NCBI RefSeq assembly: GCF_004010195.1
Contig: NC_057750.1
Coordinates: 8,036,084 to 8,100,083, forward strand
DNA from: Chiloscyllium plagiosum
Lineage: Eukaryota
Length of the DNA stretch: 64,000 nucleotides
Reading direction: 5' to 3'
In this document: one piece after another, positions 52,001-64,000 of the stretch
Position numbering within the stretch: the first letter of the stretch is position 1
How the letters are laid out: the number at the start of each line of letters is the position of its first letter
Notes under the pieces: model-generated
Databases searched by the model: none
Told to the model about the DNA's origin: nothing
Seen by the model: only the letters and a program-made list of their open reading frames with translations
Program-made: the position numbers and the translations under genes

Positions 52001-53689
52001 TTCCTCTGAACTATTAATAAACTATTTAAGAATAGCACTCTTCGTTTTTATCATTTGAACATTCTCGCTGTGTTGCAAGTTTATGCTTAGAATCTCCCAG
52101 ATGTGAAAAGGTGCACTGTCACCAAGATGTTGCTGGTCCTTGTCGACTATCACCTCATTCTGCAACTCTTTGTTGTGGCTAATCTCTGACCTTTACACAC
52201 ACATACCTATCTTTCCTGCTCCCCCCACCACCCCTCTCAATTTTAAAAATAATAGTTGGAAAACCCAAGCTCATCAAAACTTGTCATTATGTCCATCCTT
52301 TCAAACATTTCAACTATATTAGGCTTCCTTATTGGCAGTAAAACAGTTGGGACTCTAGTTTCTGAAAGGACTTTAGATAAGTTCAATGCTTCTCTTTTGA
52401 GTTGACTAAGATGCAGTAAAAGGTCACTTTATTTCTGCAGAGGGTATACCTGTAGTAATAACCTAAGTGAAATCTCAATTTGGTAAACACCATGTATAAA
52501 ATGTTACCTTTTATAAATCATATTTTGGTTCCGACATTTTTGTGCATTGCAATATGCAGGTGCACTTAAATTCTAAAACCTGTTCTCTCCTTCCCTCTCC
52601 CTTAGTTAAAATTAGTACCTTGATTAATTATAGTTTGAGAATACAGGTAGACCGATTTAAGTAGTTGTTTTCTGGAGTAGACAACATTTTCATCTGCTGT
52701 GTATATGTTTTGGAAGTTTATTGGTAAATAAATGGAAGACTTATCCTTGGTAAGTTTCACAGTGGGTGAATAGTAATTGCTTAACTGCAATTTTATTGTT
52801 TGGATAATAAACAGTGAATTAAAATTTCCTTTTACATGACACTAGTAACGGGAAATGTGTTGTCTTCCAAGTTACTCTGTCAATTTATCTGTTTGAAGTT
52901 GTAATGTTACTTTATGCAGGTTGCGGAAAAGTTTTATTTTTCACTTTTTGGATGGCTAGCTTGTGATGCAGAGTGATGCCAACAGTGCGGGTTACTAATT
53001 AGCTGAATTATTATAATCCCAGTACTGATCACGTTTTTAAAAGTAGAAAATGGAATAATTGCAAAAAAGAATGTTGGATCTGTTTTGTCGGAATTGTACT
53101 TGAATATTGGATTGGAGTAGTTATTTGTTATTAATTTAAACTAGCAGATTAGTAGTAGGACTTCAAGGTTTAATTCAGAAATAGGCATGAAGCTGATTAT
53201 TTAAAAAGGCATAATGTCATTTCTGAAGGTGAAATCTACTTAGATGTGTCCAGTCATGGGGCTAATTAGTTTAGGATATCTGGTCAGCACGGATGAGTTG
53301 GACTGAAGGAGCTGTATCCGTGTTGTACATCTGACTCTATTTGTTCTTCGTTTCCTGGACCCTGCCTCGTGTATGTACATATTGTACTTGGAGATGGGCA
53401 GCAAAGCTATTTCAAGATTTTTTTATCTTTTTGTAAAAGGAATTTTTAAAAATCATATATCTGGACATTTCATATTTTATGATTTTTAACAGTAATTTTG
53501 AAGTTGAACTTATTTTGCTTCCCCAGATTACCAGTCACTTCTGAAGTTGTGCTTCACTGGCAGCCTTAGTGCACTCTAGGGCATGTGACCAATTGCAGTC
53601 CAACTTGGCTTGATCTTGAACTATTTCTAATTTACCCATGTATAGCCCATCTCTCTTTTTTTTGTTCTCCTAAAGCTTTCTTCTCCATT

Positions 53690-54000
53690 CCTCCCCCTCA
53701 GCCTCTGACACTTCAGGAAAAATAGCCCCAGCCTATTCAGCCTCTTCCCCGTAGCTCAAACCCTCCAACCCTCACAACATCCTTGTAGATCATTTCTGAA
53801 CCCTTTCAAGTTTCACAACATCCTTCCTGTAGGAGGGAGACTGGAGTTGCACACAAGTGGCCTAACCAATGTCCTGTACGACCGCAAACGTGACCTCCCA
53901 TCTCCTATAAGCAGTGCTCTGATCAATAAGAGAAAGCATACTAAATGCCGCCTTCACTCTCCTATCTACCTGAGACTCCACTTTTCAAGGAACTTTGAAC
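53690..54000 (-). mobile_element. CR1 LINE fragment
   Basis: Homologous to 14890-15370 (ggaaaaatagccccagcc...tttcacaacatcc). Confidence 0.75.
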
Positions 54001-56070
54001 TTTCACTGATGTGTTAAGATTATATGTTTGAGACTTCAGCCTTTGCTATTTATCAGATGTTGATGACCTGTTTTGTATTTAAACATTTTCTTTTTTTGTG
54101 TCTTGCATCTACTGTACTTTGTTCTCAAATCTCTTTGTTAATGGTGCATGTGATCAGACTTGAGGCTTATGTATTTAGATCTATTAAGTACTGCAGAATC
54201 TCTTCCTGTTGATTTGATCAGGCTACGTTGCTGGGCTTATTGCAGTAATTCTCAACTTTATGCATCTTTGAGAATAGGTGTAACCTATGTAATAACTGAG
54301 AGCCTTGACTGGAAAGATTAAATTGGAAAATGAAAGGTGAACTCCAATCAGCCTACAATTAACCTAATATTTGGAGTATGATTATGCACTTTGTGTGAGT
54401 CCTGTTTGCTCATGTCAGCAGAAGTGATTGTTCATTGAAGAAACCGATGCGTTAATGACTATTTAATGATCCTTTTATGTGAAACCTGTTGAATGTCAAC
54501 ACATTCGCTTCCCCGTTATCCCAGAAAGAGCATCCTGCCTCCAAGCCACTGTTTGATGGTATAACTTTTTTTGTTCCACTTTTTGTAAGGATGGGATTGC
54601 TGCAAAAGGTGCATTTTTGTCAAAGCTTTGACTTGCACTCTATTTCCAAGAAATAGCAGTACAAATGCAAAATATTTATACAGTATTTAGTTGGCAAGTG
54701 GGCTTTAATTGAAAGAGACATTGCCATGGAGAATCCACCAGATAATTGACGACTAACCATTAACTGCCAAGCATTGTTTAAATTTTACATAATTGGTCAA
54801 AGAGAATTTTTTTAATGTACTACAAGAATTGAGTGAAGTGCCGTAACCAGTTTTATGCAATTCACAGTGAAGAATTCCTTCATATTTGCAAAGAAGGTTC
54901 CATTCTTGCATATCAATGGCAATGCAGTGTCCATGTGCGAGTCTATTTACAAATAGACCATTACAGCACTCTTATGGTTGTCTAGATCAGCTATCATTGT
55001 GGGTATAAATGTTTATTGAGCTTGTGAAGTCAGCAATTTATACAGTTGGACCCTATTTTAACGACAGCTTTGTAGGCTCAAATAAATGGTGTTGCAATGG
55101 AATGTCAGATTGGCCCAGCTCTGAGAAGTATATTTGGCAAGTTCTGTATTTTTGATGGTATGGCACCTAGCACTAACCCTTGCATATTTCTGTTATGTAG
55201 ATGAATGCTTTATTTGAATTTGTGGTTACATGTAGGAATTTCCTCATGTCTTAATGGGGTCCATGCTGCACTCAAATTTACCTTTTTGAAATGGAATAGT
55301 TGAATGAGCTCCTTTCCTTCACACCATAGTTAGGAAATTTGCCAGGGTCTTAGAGTCATAGAGATGTACAGCACAGAAACAGACCCTTTGGTCCAACTCA
55401 TCCATGCTGACCAGATAACCTAACCTAACCTAGTCCTATCTCTACCTTCAAGCCAATCTTTACTGGTGAGTTTAAGGCTTGAGAGTTCCTACATGTCCAG
55501 GCACAAAAAGATTGCCCTTGTTGGCAAGCGAGTGAATAGAAAAAGTGTATTCTTTAAATATATTTACTGGTTTCAAAATACTGTTTATAAGAACAGTAAT
55601 AATTTGATCATTCAGTGATTAAACTGTTGGTATCATTGGATATTTTTGAACCAGAAAATGGGGTTGATGCTAGCTGATGTCTTCAGTAATGGAAAAAGTA
55701 AATTAAGATGCTGTTACAAGCAATGCTTAACTATATTGAAAATTGTGCCGGCCAGAATTCTGCCGTTCTGTATTTTATTGTAGTCCCCACTTAAATTCAA
55801 GGTGTTAATCTCCTGCTGGGGCAAGATTTCATGAATGGATATTATACTGAACCTTGTTTAAGTGACCATGTGTCTATATTCATATATCCAACTAAAAAGC
55901 AAGTGTTTAACAGTGGTCCATTCCCTTGGGCTATAATGCTATCCTTGTCTGGTACCAACGCAGATGCATTTCTGTGGAATGTTTAGATGACTGTTAGTAG
56001 CAGGAACAGTTGAGGACAAGTTTGGCTTGGATAACGTTTGAAAACGATCATACTTTAGGGCTCACTTGCT

Positions 56071-56413
56071 AGGGAGATGATGGACTATTCACCCATGGAC
56101 CTGGACAATGTATTGGCGTCCCTGGTTTGAACCCCACTACGGCAGATGGTAGAATGTGGATTAAATAATAATAAAAAAAGAAATCTGGAATAAAGAGTCT
56201 AATGATGACCACAAATCCATTGGTGATTGTTGGAAAAAACCATCTGGTTCACTAATGATCTTTAGGGGAGGAAACTGCTGTCCTTACCTGGTCTGGCCTG
56301 CGTGTGACTCCAGACCCACAGCAATGAGGTTGGCTCTCGATTACCCTCTGGGCAATTTGGGATGTGCAATAAATGCTGCCTAGCCAGTGACACCCTCATT
56401 CCTGAATGAATAA
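56071..56413 (+). mobile_element. Near full-length shark tRNA-derived SINE
   Basis: Head ggagatgatggac...ggtttgaacccc, body catctggttcactaatg...ccttacctggtctggcc...gactccagaccc, tail aataaatgctg...gaatgaataa. Confidence 0.8.
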
Positions 56414-57996
56414 CGAAACATTAACATTTGGCAACATATTTGAGCATATGGGTGTGCTTCAACTTGCAACTTTGAGGCAGAGTTGAAAGATGTGTTTTGG
56501 CTTTCTTTGGTTGCGGGAAGTGGTTGAGTTGACAAGATATAACTGCTTTATAATTCTATCTCCTTTTGGTGTGCTTATGATTTCTGCTTCAGCCGGGCTT
56601 TGAGATGGAGTGCAACATGGCTGAGCAGACAAAGTTACTCGTAGTGTAAAGTTTGCATCTAACAGCACTTTTGTAATTGTTTGTGTGATAAAAGCAGCGT
56701 TAGAATGGGTACTTCTACAGTACAGTATTTGAAGTATATTGACTTTATCCATTGCACAGTATAACTAATTTTCATAAGATATCAAATATAAAGATGTTTC
56801 TCAAGTATGAAATTTTGGTGTCTGGAAGTCAACTCTTGGAGTTGAATTCCTTTTCTGAAGGAAGTAATTTAAATTAATGAGGCATGGTTGTGTTGAAGTT
56901 CATATAATTTGGAATTAATGGCCAGCAGGAAGTTACTGCAACTTTTTAAAGTTAATTCTTTAAAAATCTATAGAAACTGTACCCTGCACCTAGCAGTATA
57001 ATTATAGATGTTAATCTCATTTGCAGTGTATCTGGTGAAGCATTTTCAACTGAAATTCCAAAATAATTTGCTGCTGGCTGTGACTCGCTGGTGGTGGTCA
57101 GATTGAGAGCAATTTGAAAATATGTTGCCAAAAACATCTCTTAAAGAAGCCTAAGCTTGTTTCTTATTTTGTGTACTTTTATCAGCCAAACTGTATTAGG
57201 AGGCCTGAAAATGTGGATGTTTTATGCAAGCTATGGGAATGCAGCCTGGATGGTTGGGAACTTGGATTTTTTTTCAATGGAGCAACAAATCTGTGCAGAT
57301 AGTTTGGTTATGCATTTCAAGGGTTTTTATTATAATGATTATTAAAAATTGACAACAGCCAACTGCTAAACTGTCAACTTTCAATCCCCTTTCCTTTGCA
57401 TTTTTGAAATTAATGACTTTGTGGTACTCTTAAACAGGTGTCAACAATTTTTCACATCAGACTTTGAGAGTGCCACTTATTTAGCATGAAAATAGTGGAG
57501 AGCTGTCTTTATTGGATGTCCACAAGCACATTTTGGCTGTGATTTACCAAAAAATCCTGAAGGTGATTTGTTTTCTCTGTTGTAGAGAGGAACAGTCTTA
57601 AGCACAGGCCAAGGAATTTGCACCTTGTGATCTGCATAACTCAGTACCATATCCAACATTGCATTTATTCACAAAGTCACCCAGAGTTTATCCTGACCCA
57701 TTGAAACACTGCGTTTTGACTAATTTTGTACTGTACTACATTTTGAATTTAACCAGCGCGATTGAATTCGTGTCCCAAACTCAGTGCTGAGCAGTAATTT
57801 GAGACTGGTAAATTTAATATAACATAGAGTTTAGCAAAGTTTCATGGTAACATCTAAAGTTGAACAATAAATAAATGACTTGATGGGTATTTCTAAGTGT
57901 CTTCTCTAGTTTGTAATCAAACTAAGTTTAAAGAATTCTTACTATTAAAATTAGAGGTTTTGAACTTGGAGAGGTCAGTAGCTGGGTGCGCTGATT

Positions 57997-58233
57997 GGAT
58001 TCTGGATTAGAGTGGTGCTGGAAAAGCACAGCAGTTCAGGCAGCATCCGAGGAGCAGGGAAATCGACGTTTAGGGTAAAAGCCCTTCATCAGGAATACAG
58101 TAATCCTGATGAAGGGCTTTTGCCCTAAACGTCAATTTCCCTGCTCCTCGGATGCTGCCTGAACTGCTGTGCTTTTCCAGCACCACTCTAATCCAGAATT
58201 TGGTTTTCAGCATCTGCAGTCCTTGTTTTTACC
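57997..58233. mobile_element. Fold-back hammerhead-type mini-element, 10-bp TSD
   Basis: ~95-bp near-perfect inverted arms around aatacagtaat; TSD tg(c/t)gctgatt at 57987-57996 and 58234-58243. Confidence 0.9.
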
Positions 58234-59261
58234 TGTGCTGATTTGGAGCCTAAGCTTTTTACGTCCAACAAATGCTATGGAATTATACATTTTCGCAGCA
58301 TCTTATTGCAGAGGAAGAGTGCATCAGGCACCTTTTTAAAAGAGCTATTCAATTGGCTCCATCATCCTGCTCTGCTCACTACCCTGCAAAACCCATATAT
58401 TTATAATTCCCTCTTAAAATCACTGTTGAATATGCATTTACCAGTTTTACAGAGTGCATCTCGGATACTAATAATATTGTGTTGTTTTCTACAGATATGT
58501 TCTTGTCTCATTTTCCCCCTCATTTTATGACCAATTACATTAAATTTCTGTGCTCCAATTGTCAGCCTTCCTGCTGATTGTAACAGGTTTTCTTTATTCC
58601 ATCAAAACCATTCGTTTTTTTGGCACCTACATTAAATCTCCCTTTGATCTTTTTGCTCTATGGACAGTCTCTGCTTCTCTTACCTCTTCACCTAGCTCTC
58701 TTTTTGATATGGTTCTCACAAATCTTTGAAACTTCTCTAAACTTCTCTTGACATACTTATAAAATGTGGTAACCAGAACTGAGCGCAATACTGTACTCTA
58801 GCTGAGATCTAATTAATGATTTATGAAGGGTTAGCATAAATGTCTTGTTTTTATACTCAAGATACCTGTCTTTATAGAACCAGTACTTTCCCTTGGTTTT
58901 AATTGTATTTTTAAACTGAGTAACCCATTGTCTAGGTTTAGTGTATGAGGTGTTTCCTTTCAACAGCAACCTTACTGTTTATGTATTTAAATGTTAAAAA
59001 CAGACTATAATTAAAAATTCCCTATTTGCTAAGCAATGAATGTGTTGTTGTCTTTTTATTTTTTGGTATAAGCTCAGCATCGCCACTGCAATCCTTTTAG
59101 TCAGTTGGTTTCAGCTAATGAGCAGAAATGATGGCGTGAAGGGTTACAAGTACTATGAAAAACTAGGTAAAATTCTTGATCCCGCTCATTGACTTCCACA
59201 ATACTGTCATCTACTTGATCTCCTCCTCATTACTATATTGTGTCCTATTATCCTGTCCCTT

Positions 59262-59350
59262 TAGCTACCTGATGAAGGAGCACTGCTCCGAAAGTTTGTT
59301 CTTCCAAATAAACCTGTTGCACTATAACCTAGGTTGAGTTTTTTTTTTAA
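59262..59350 (+). mobile_element. PLE terminal repeat (family C) with hammerhead-like core
   Basis: CTGATGA-A-GGAGC-act-GCTCC-GAAA at 59269-59293, followed by aataaacctgttg. Confidence 0.7.
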
Positions 59351-59367
59351 CCAAAGGATATAAAAAT

Positions 59368-59946
59368 TGATGTCCAAAGTTTCACATGCGTGGACAGATG
59401 ATAGGTTTGAATGAGAATGTGTATAGGGTAAGCAGGCAGGGAAACAATTAAGTTCTGAGTTTTGTGAAACAAGAGGTTCAGCTGAGCATGACTCTGATCA
59501 GATAAGAACTTAAGACTTAACAATGGGGTGCTGGAGGCAAGAGTAATGGGTTAACAAGGTGAAAAAGAATTCATTATGTAGAGCCATTTAATAATATTGG
59601 AAGCATTCAATATGTAAAGTCAGTTAACAAGGTGAAAAGCATTCATTATGTGAAGCCAGTTATTCACTGTAAAATGCCAGATGGCTTAATCTCTATTATT
59701 GGCACTCGCTGATTGAAACAGTCACCCAATCAATATGTATGTTGCCTTATCTGGATGTTCCTCCCTATAAGTGACTATATAATTCATTTAAGAATCTACC
59801 GTTTGAGAGAAGATAGAACTCCTGTCTATGTGCATGTGGGCGATTGTGTTCTCTCCCTCCAGGGCCCAGAATAAAGATGAAGGTAAAACTATTCTGTCTC
59901 TGAGCAGTTGCTTTGACTGATACAGGCTTAGGGAAATGGGACGACA
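59368..59946 (+). mobile_element. Candidate solo LTR
   Basis: TG...CA ends with imperfect inverted termini (tgatgtcc / ggacgaca), flanks aaat/atat, internal ~73-bp-period repeat, TATATAA ~59775, AATAAA ~59870. Confidence 0.45.
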
Positions 59947-61109
59947 ATATCGAGAGTGATTGGATAATGTCAGGCAGCAATGAAGACAAAGGATTGATTA
60001 TATAGCAACTTACTTCAATCATAACTTTTCTTTGTGTGTCACACTGGTCTGAATGCAATTTTCTGTTTGTGATGAGACATAGTTAATATCGAACTATGTT
60101 TTATGAGAAAACAGTCAAAAGAAATGTGATTGGTATACTCACGCTTCCCTCACTTCCATCTGTTTCGTATTTTTAATAAATTGCTCAACTGTAAAGAGCT
60201 GTTGAATTCCTTGTTGCTAATTGGATAGTTATTGAGGAAGTTGAGTTTGATTGTCCAAACATAAACCAAGGGAAGTTGCACAAAAAGCTATGTTGATGCA
60301 TGACATATTAGAAGTGACTGTTTCTGTCCAGTCAACTACTTAATGAATAGCAAAGAATATATTTTTGCACAGAATGCACTTTTAAATGTGTACTTAATGT
60401 TGAGACTTGCCCTAGAGTTTAGTAAAATGACGACAAAGTTTCTGGTGCTTGTGTCTTTTGATTTTCATTAGTAGTAAGTTGATACTGTTGTTGATTGTGG
60501 ACCGTGTTAACTTAATTTAGGAAATTGCTCATTGTGTGTGCAATTATTAAAATAGCTTGACTCTGGTTTCATATTAATATGGAGAATTTATTTGCTTGAG
60601 CATATAAAGTCATAAATGTATAATTAATTCTAAGTGTTTTGAGTACTGTAGTTGACTTGGGCTACTTTTGTAGCTTTGACAACTTTAACTTTGGGATTGG
60701 TGGAAAATATTAATTACTTTTATTGCCCCTGCTAAATTAGCTATGGCTGTTATCTAGAATTAAAAGCAAACTTGTGCTACTTTGAATGAGATTCTGTGCC
60801 ACATAGCATTTAGCAAAAGTCCGCCTTTCAAAATGGGGATCAAAAGCAAAAGAGAAAATAAATCTGTCTTTGCCATAACCATAAAATATGAACTGTTCTT
60901 GCAAAGTAGATCAATATTGTGTTTTCTGTGCAGAATATCATTAGCTTTGACAACTTTGAGAATTAATGGAGGGTTGGTAGCATGAGGAATCCTAGTTTCT
61001 TGCATTTGTTTTGGACCTGCATCAGAACAGCCTCTAATTTTTCCTGTATGGTTTAGATGTGGAAGAATTTGAATAAGAGTTTTCTTGTACACAATTAATG
61101 TGTAGACAT

Positions 61110-63335
61110 ACATACTACAGAAGGAACAATACTTGACCTTACATTGGGAAATAAGGCAGAGTAAGTGATTGAGATGTCAGTTGGGGAGCACTTTGGGGTA
61201 AGTGATCAGAATTGTTAGTTTTGCAATAGTGATGGAAAAGGACAGAATTGATCAAAAAGTTAAGTTCTAAATTGGAGTAAGGCCAATTTTGATGGTATTA
61301 GACATGACCTTACAAAGGTTATTTGGGGAGGCTATTTGCAGGTAAAGGGACATCTGGGAAATGGGAGATCTTTAAAAATGAGATAAGGAGAGTTCAGAGA
61401 TAGTTTGTTCCTGTTAGTATGAAGGGCAAGACTGGTATGTGTGCTGGATGAGGCTCTGGCCAAGAAAAAAAAAAGAGGCATTTTTAAGGTATAACAGCTG
61501 AGATCAAATGAATCCCTAGAAGATTATAAGGGCAGTAAGAGGACTTCCTCTAGAGGGAAATCAGGAGGGCAAAAAGGGGGCATGGGGTAGGATTCTCCTT
61601 AACCTTACTTGTCAAAATTAAGAGATTCTATAAATACATTAAGGGCAAAAGAGTAACTAATTAGAGAATAGGACTACTTGCAGATCAGGTATGGCCATTT
61701 GTGTGGAGCCACAGGAGATGGGTAAAATGATAAACTATTATTTATTTATTGTGGAGAAGAACTTGGAAGCTAGGGAACTTGGGGAAATAAATTGTAATGT
61801 CACAAAGAATTCATACTACCAAAGAGGAGATCTGGAAGTCTTAATGCATAGAGGAAGGTAAATCTCTGGAACCTGATCAGGTAATTCCCAGAACAGTGTG
61901 GGAAGTGAGGGAAGAGATTGCTGGGCCCCTTGCACAGGTGAGATGCTGGAAGACTGGAGGTTGGCTAATGTGGTGCAATTATTTTGAGAGGCTGGAAGGA
62001 AAAGCCAGGGAACTATACCCAGGTGAACTTTGCTTCAGTGTTGAGTAAGGTGTTGGGAATTCTGGGGGACAGGATTTGCTTGTATTTGGAAAGGCGTGGA
62101 CTGATTAGGAATAGTAAGTATGGCTTGCTGGGAAATCATGTCTCTCTAATTTGAGTTTTTTGAAGAGGTGACAAAGAAGATCGAGTGGTAGACATTGATT
62201 ATGGCTTTCAGCAAAGCATTTGATAATATTCTCATGGTAGACTGGTTACTAAAGTTAGATCACATGGGACACAGGGTAGCTAGCCAATTGGATACAAAAT
62301 TATCTTTGAAGGTAGGAAACAGGTGGTGGTAGAAAGTTGTGGTTTTTGGACATGGAGGCCTGTAACTAGTGGTGTACCACAAGGAATTGTGCTGGTTCCA
62401 CTGCTTTTCATCATTTATATAAATGATTGGAATGTGAATAGGTTATATGGTTAATAAGTTTGCAGGTGTCACCAAAATTAGTGGTGTATTGGATAGTGAA
62501 GATTATCTCAGAGTACAATGGAACTTTGATCAGATGGTCCGATGAGCCAAGAAATAGCAGATTGGGTTTAATTTAGATAAATGATGTGTGTTGCATTTTG
62601 GTAAGGCAAACCATGGCAGAACTTATAAGTGTAATGAATGGTAATGTCCTGGGGAACATTGCTGAACAAAGAGACCTAATGAAACAGGTGCACAGTTCCT
62701 TGAAAGTGGAGTCACAGACAGGGTAGTGAAAAGGCTGTTTGGCACGCTTGCCACCTTCACTCAGTGCATTGAGTACAGGAGTTGGGATGTCATGTTGCAG
62801 CTGTACGGGACATTGATTAGGCCACTTTTGGTGTATTGTTGCTCTTCTATAGCAAGGTTGTTAAAACCTGAGGGGGTTCAAAAGGGTGCTGCCAGGGCTG
62901 GAGGGTTTGAGCTTTATGGAGAGGCTGAATCGGCTGGGGATTTTTTCCCCAGTGTCGAAGGCTGAGGGGTGACTTTAGAGTTTTATGAAATCATGAGGGG
63001 CATGGATAAGGTGAGTAGTCAGTCTGATTTTTTTTTTTCCCCCAGGGTAGGGGAGTCTAAAACTAGAGGGCATAGGTTTAAGATGAGGGAGGGAAAGGGG
63101 ACCTGAGAGGCAACTTTTTTGCGCAGAGGGTGGTGCATATATAGAATGAGCTGCAGAGGAAGTGGTGGAGACTAATACGATTACAACATTTAAAAGGTAT
63201 CTGGACAGTTACATGAATTGGAAAGGTTCAGAGGGATTTGGGCCAAATGCTGGCAAATGGGACGAGATCAAATTGGGATGTTTGGTCAGCGCTGATGAGT
63301 TGGACCAAAGGGTCTGTTTCCGTGCTGTATGACTC
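61110..63335 (+). mobile_element. ~2.2-kb 5'-truncated CR1 LINE
   Basis: Colinear decayed ORF2 (LDLTLGN…, WRLANVV…, FSKAFD…, GVPQG…, LYGTLIRPLL) ending in the tail ggaccaaagggtctgtttccgtgctgtatgactc. Confidence 0.88.
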
Positions 63336-63834
63336 AGATTTCACTGCTTCCTGCCCTGTTTTTAACTGATGTTTTAGAAATACAGCTATAAATATTCTTA
63401 AGGACTCATTTCCTTGATTACAGCAAGTTAAATTGAGCAGCACGATGTGTTTTGCTGGGAACTATTGTATAACCCTGATAAATAATCTCTTTATTGTTTA
63501 GAAGAATTGTGTCATTTAAGACACTGTTGAAGAAAACATATTGGTGTTTTTGGCTTTTGCTTGGAACTGCTTTTATGTACTGCATAATTCATCTACTTGG
63601 ACTTGAAAGTTACTTGGCAATTTATATTAAAGTAACTGCTTTAGGCAAGGGTGAACTGAATGAGGTCGAGCACAGCCTTGCTGTTGTTTGTGAGGTAATT
63701 CTATCTTTGGTATGTTTTCTTGAGGACGCACAAGGTGCGGACATAATTACTTGTCTTCTGAGCTCAGGAAGGTCCTAAATTTGAAGCGAAGAACTCGCTT
63801 TTTGAACTCCACTAGATTGACAACTGCCTAAAGA

Positions 63835-64000
63835 CCAGGAAAATTGACGTTCGGGCAAAAGCCCTTCATCAGGAATGAGGTCTTTTGCCCGAAACATCGA
63901 TTTTCCTGCTCCTTGGATGCTGCCTGACCTGCTGTGCTTTTCCAGCACCACTCTAATCTTGACTGTAAACTCCAGCATCTGCAGTATCCACTTCTGCCTA
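63835..64000. mobile_element. Fold-back hammerhead-type mini-element (short inverted arm, long forward arm)
   Basis: gacgttcgggcaaaagcccttcatcagg / cttttgcccgaaacatcg...; tail cagtatccacttctgcct; right flank is outside the window. Confidence 0.8.

Overview
Vertebrate genomic DNA, almost certainly a shark or other cartilaginous fish (HE1-type V-SINEs, abundant CR1 LINE debris, Penelope-like elements). The only host coding sequence I recognise is AP2S1 (AP-2 sigma subunit) on the minus strand: an exon 1 ending in the ATG (30592-30594) and a 150-nt exon 2 (13146-13295). I did not find exons 3-5, which probably lie left of the window. A CpG-rich bidirectional promoter (~30590-31700; two outward-facing ZNF143 motifs, NRF1, ETS, CCAAT, YY1) also appears to drive a plus-strand gene with a uORF-rich non-coding first exon (donor 32003/32004). 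That gene is probably ARHGAP35 by human synteny (inference only), and its first intron fills the rest of the window. The most striking non-genic system is a set of Penelope-like retroelement (PLE) derivatives carrying minimal hammerhead-ribozyme motifs. About a dozen motif copies from several families show covarying stem II. Many are 100-240 bp fold-back mini-elements with 10-14 bp target-site duplications. There is also an RT-bearing putative partner and a 2.8-kb fold-back PLE with the same architecture. Assembly gap at 37201-37825. Repeat boundaries are approximate and family names come from pattern recognition, not database searches.
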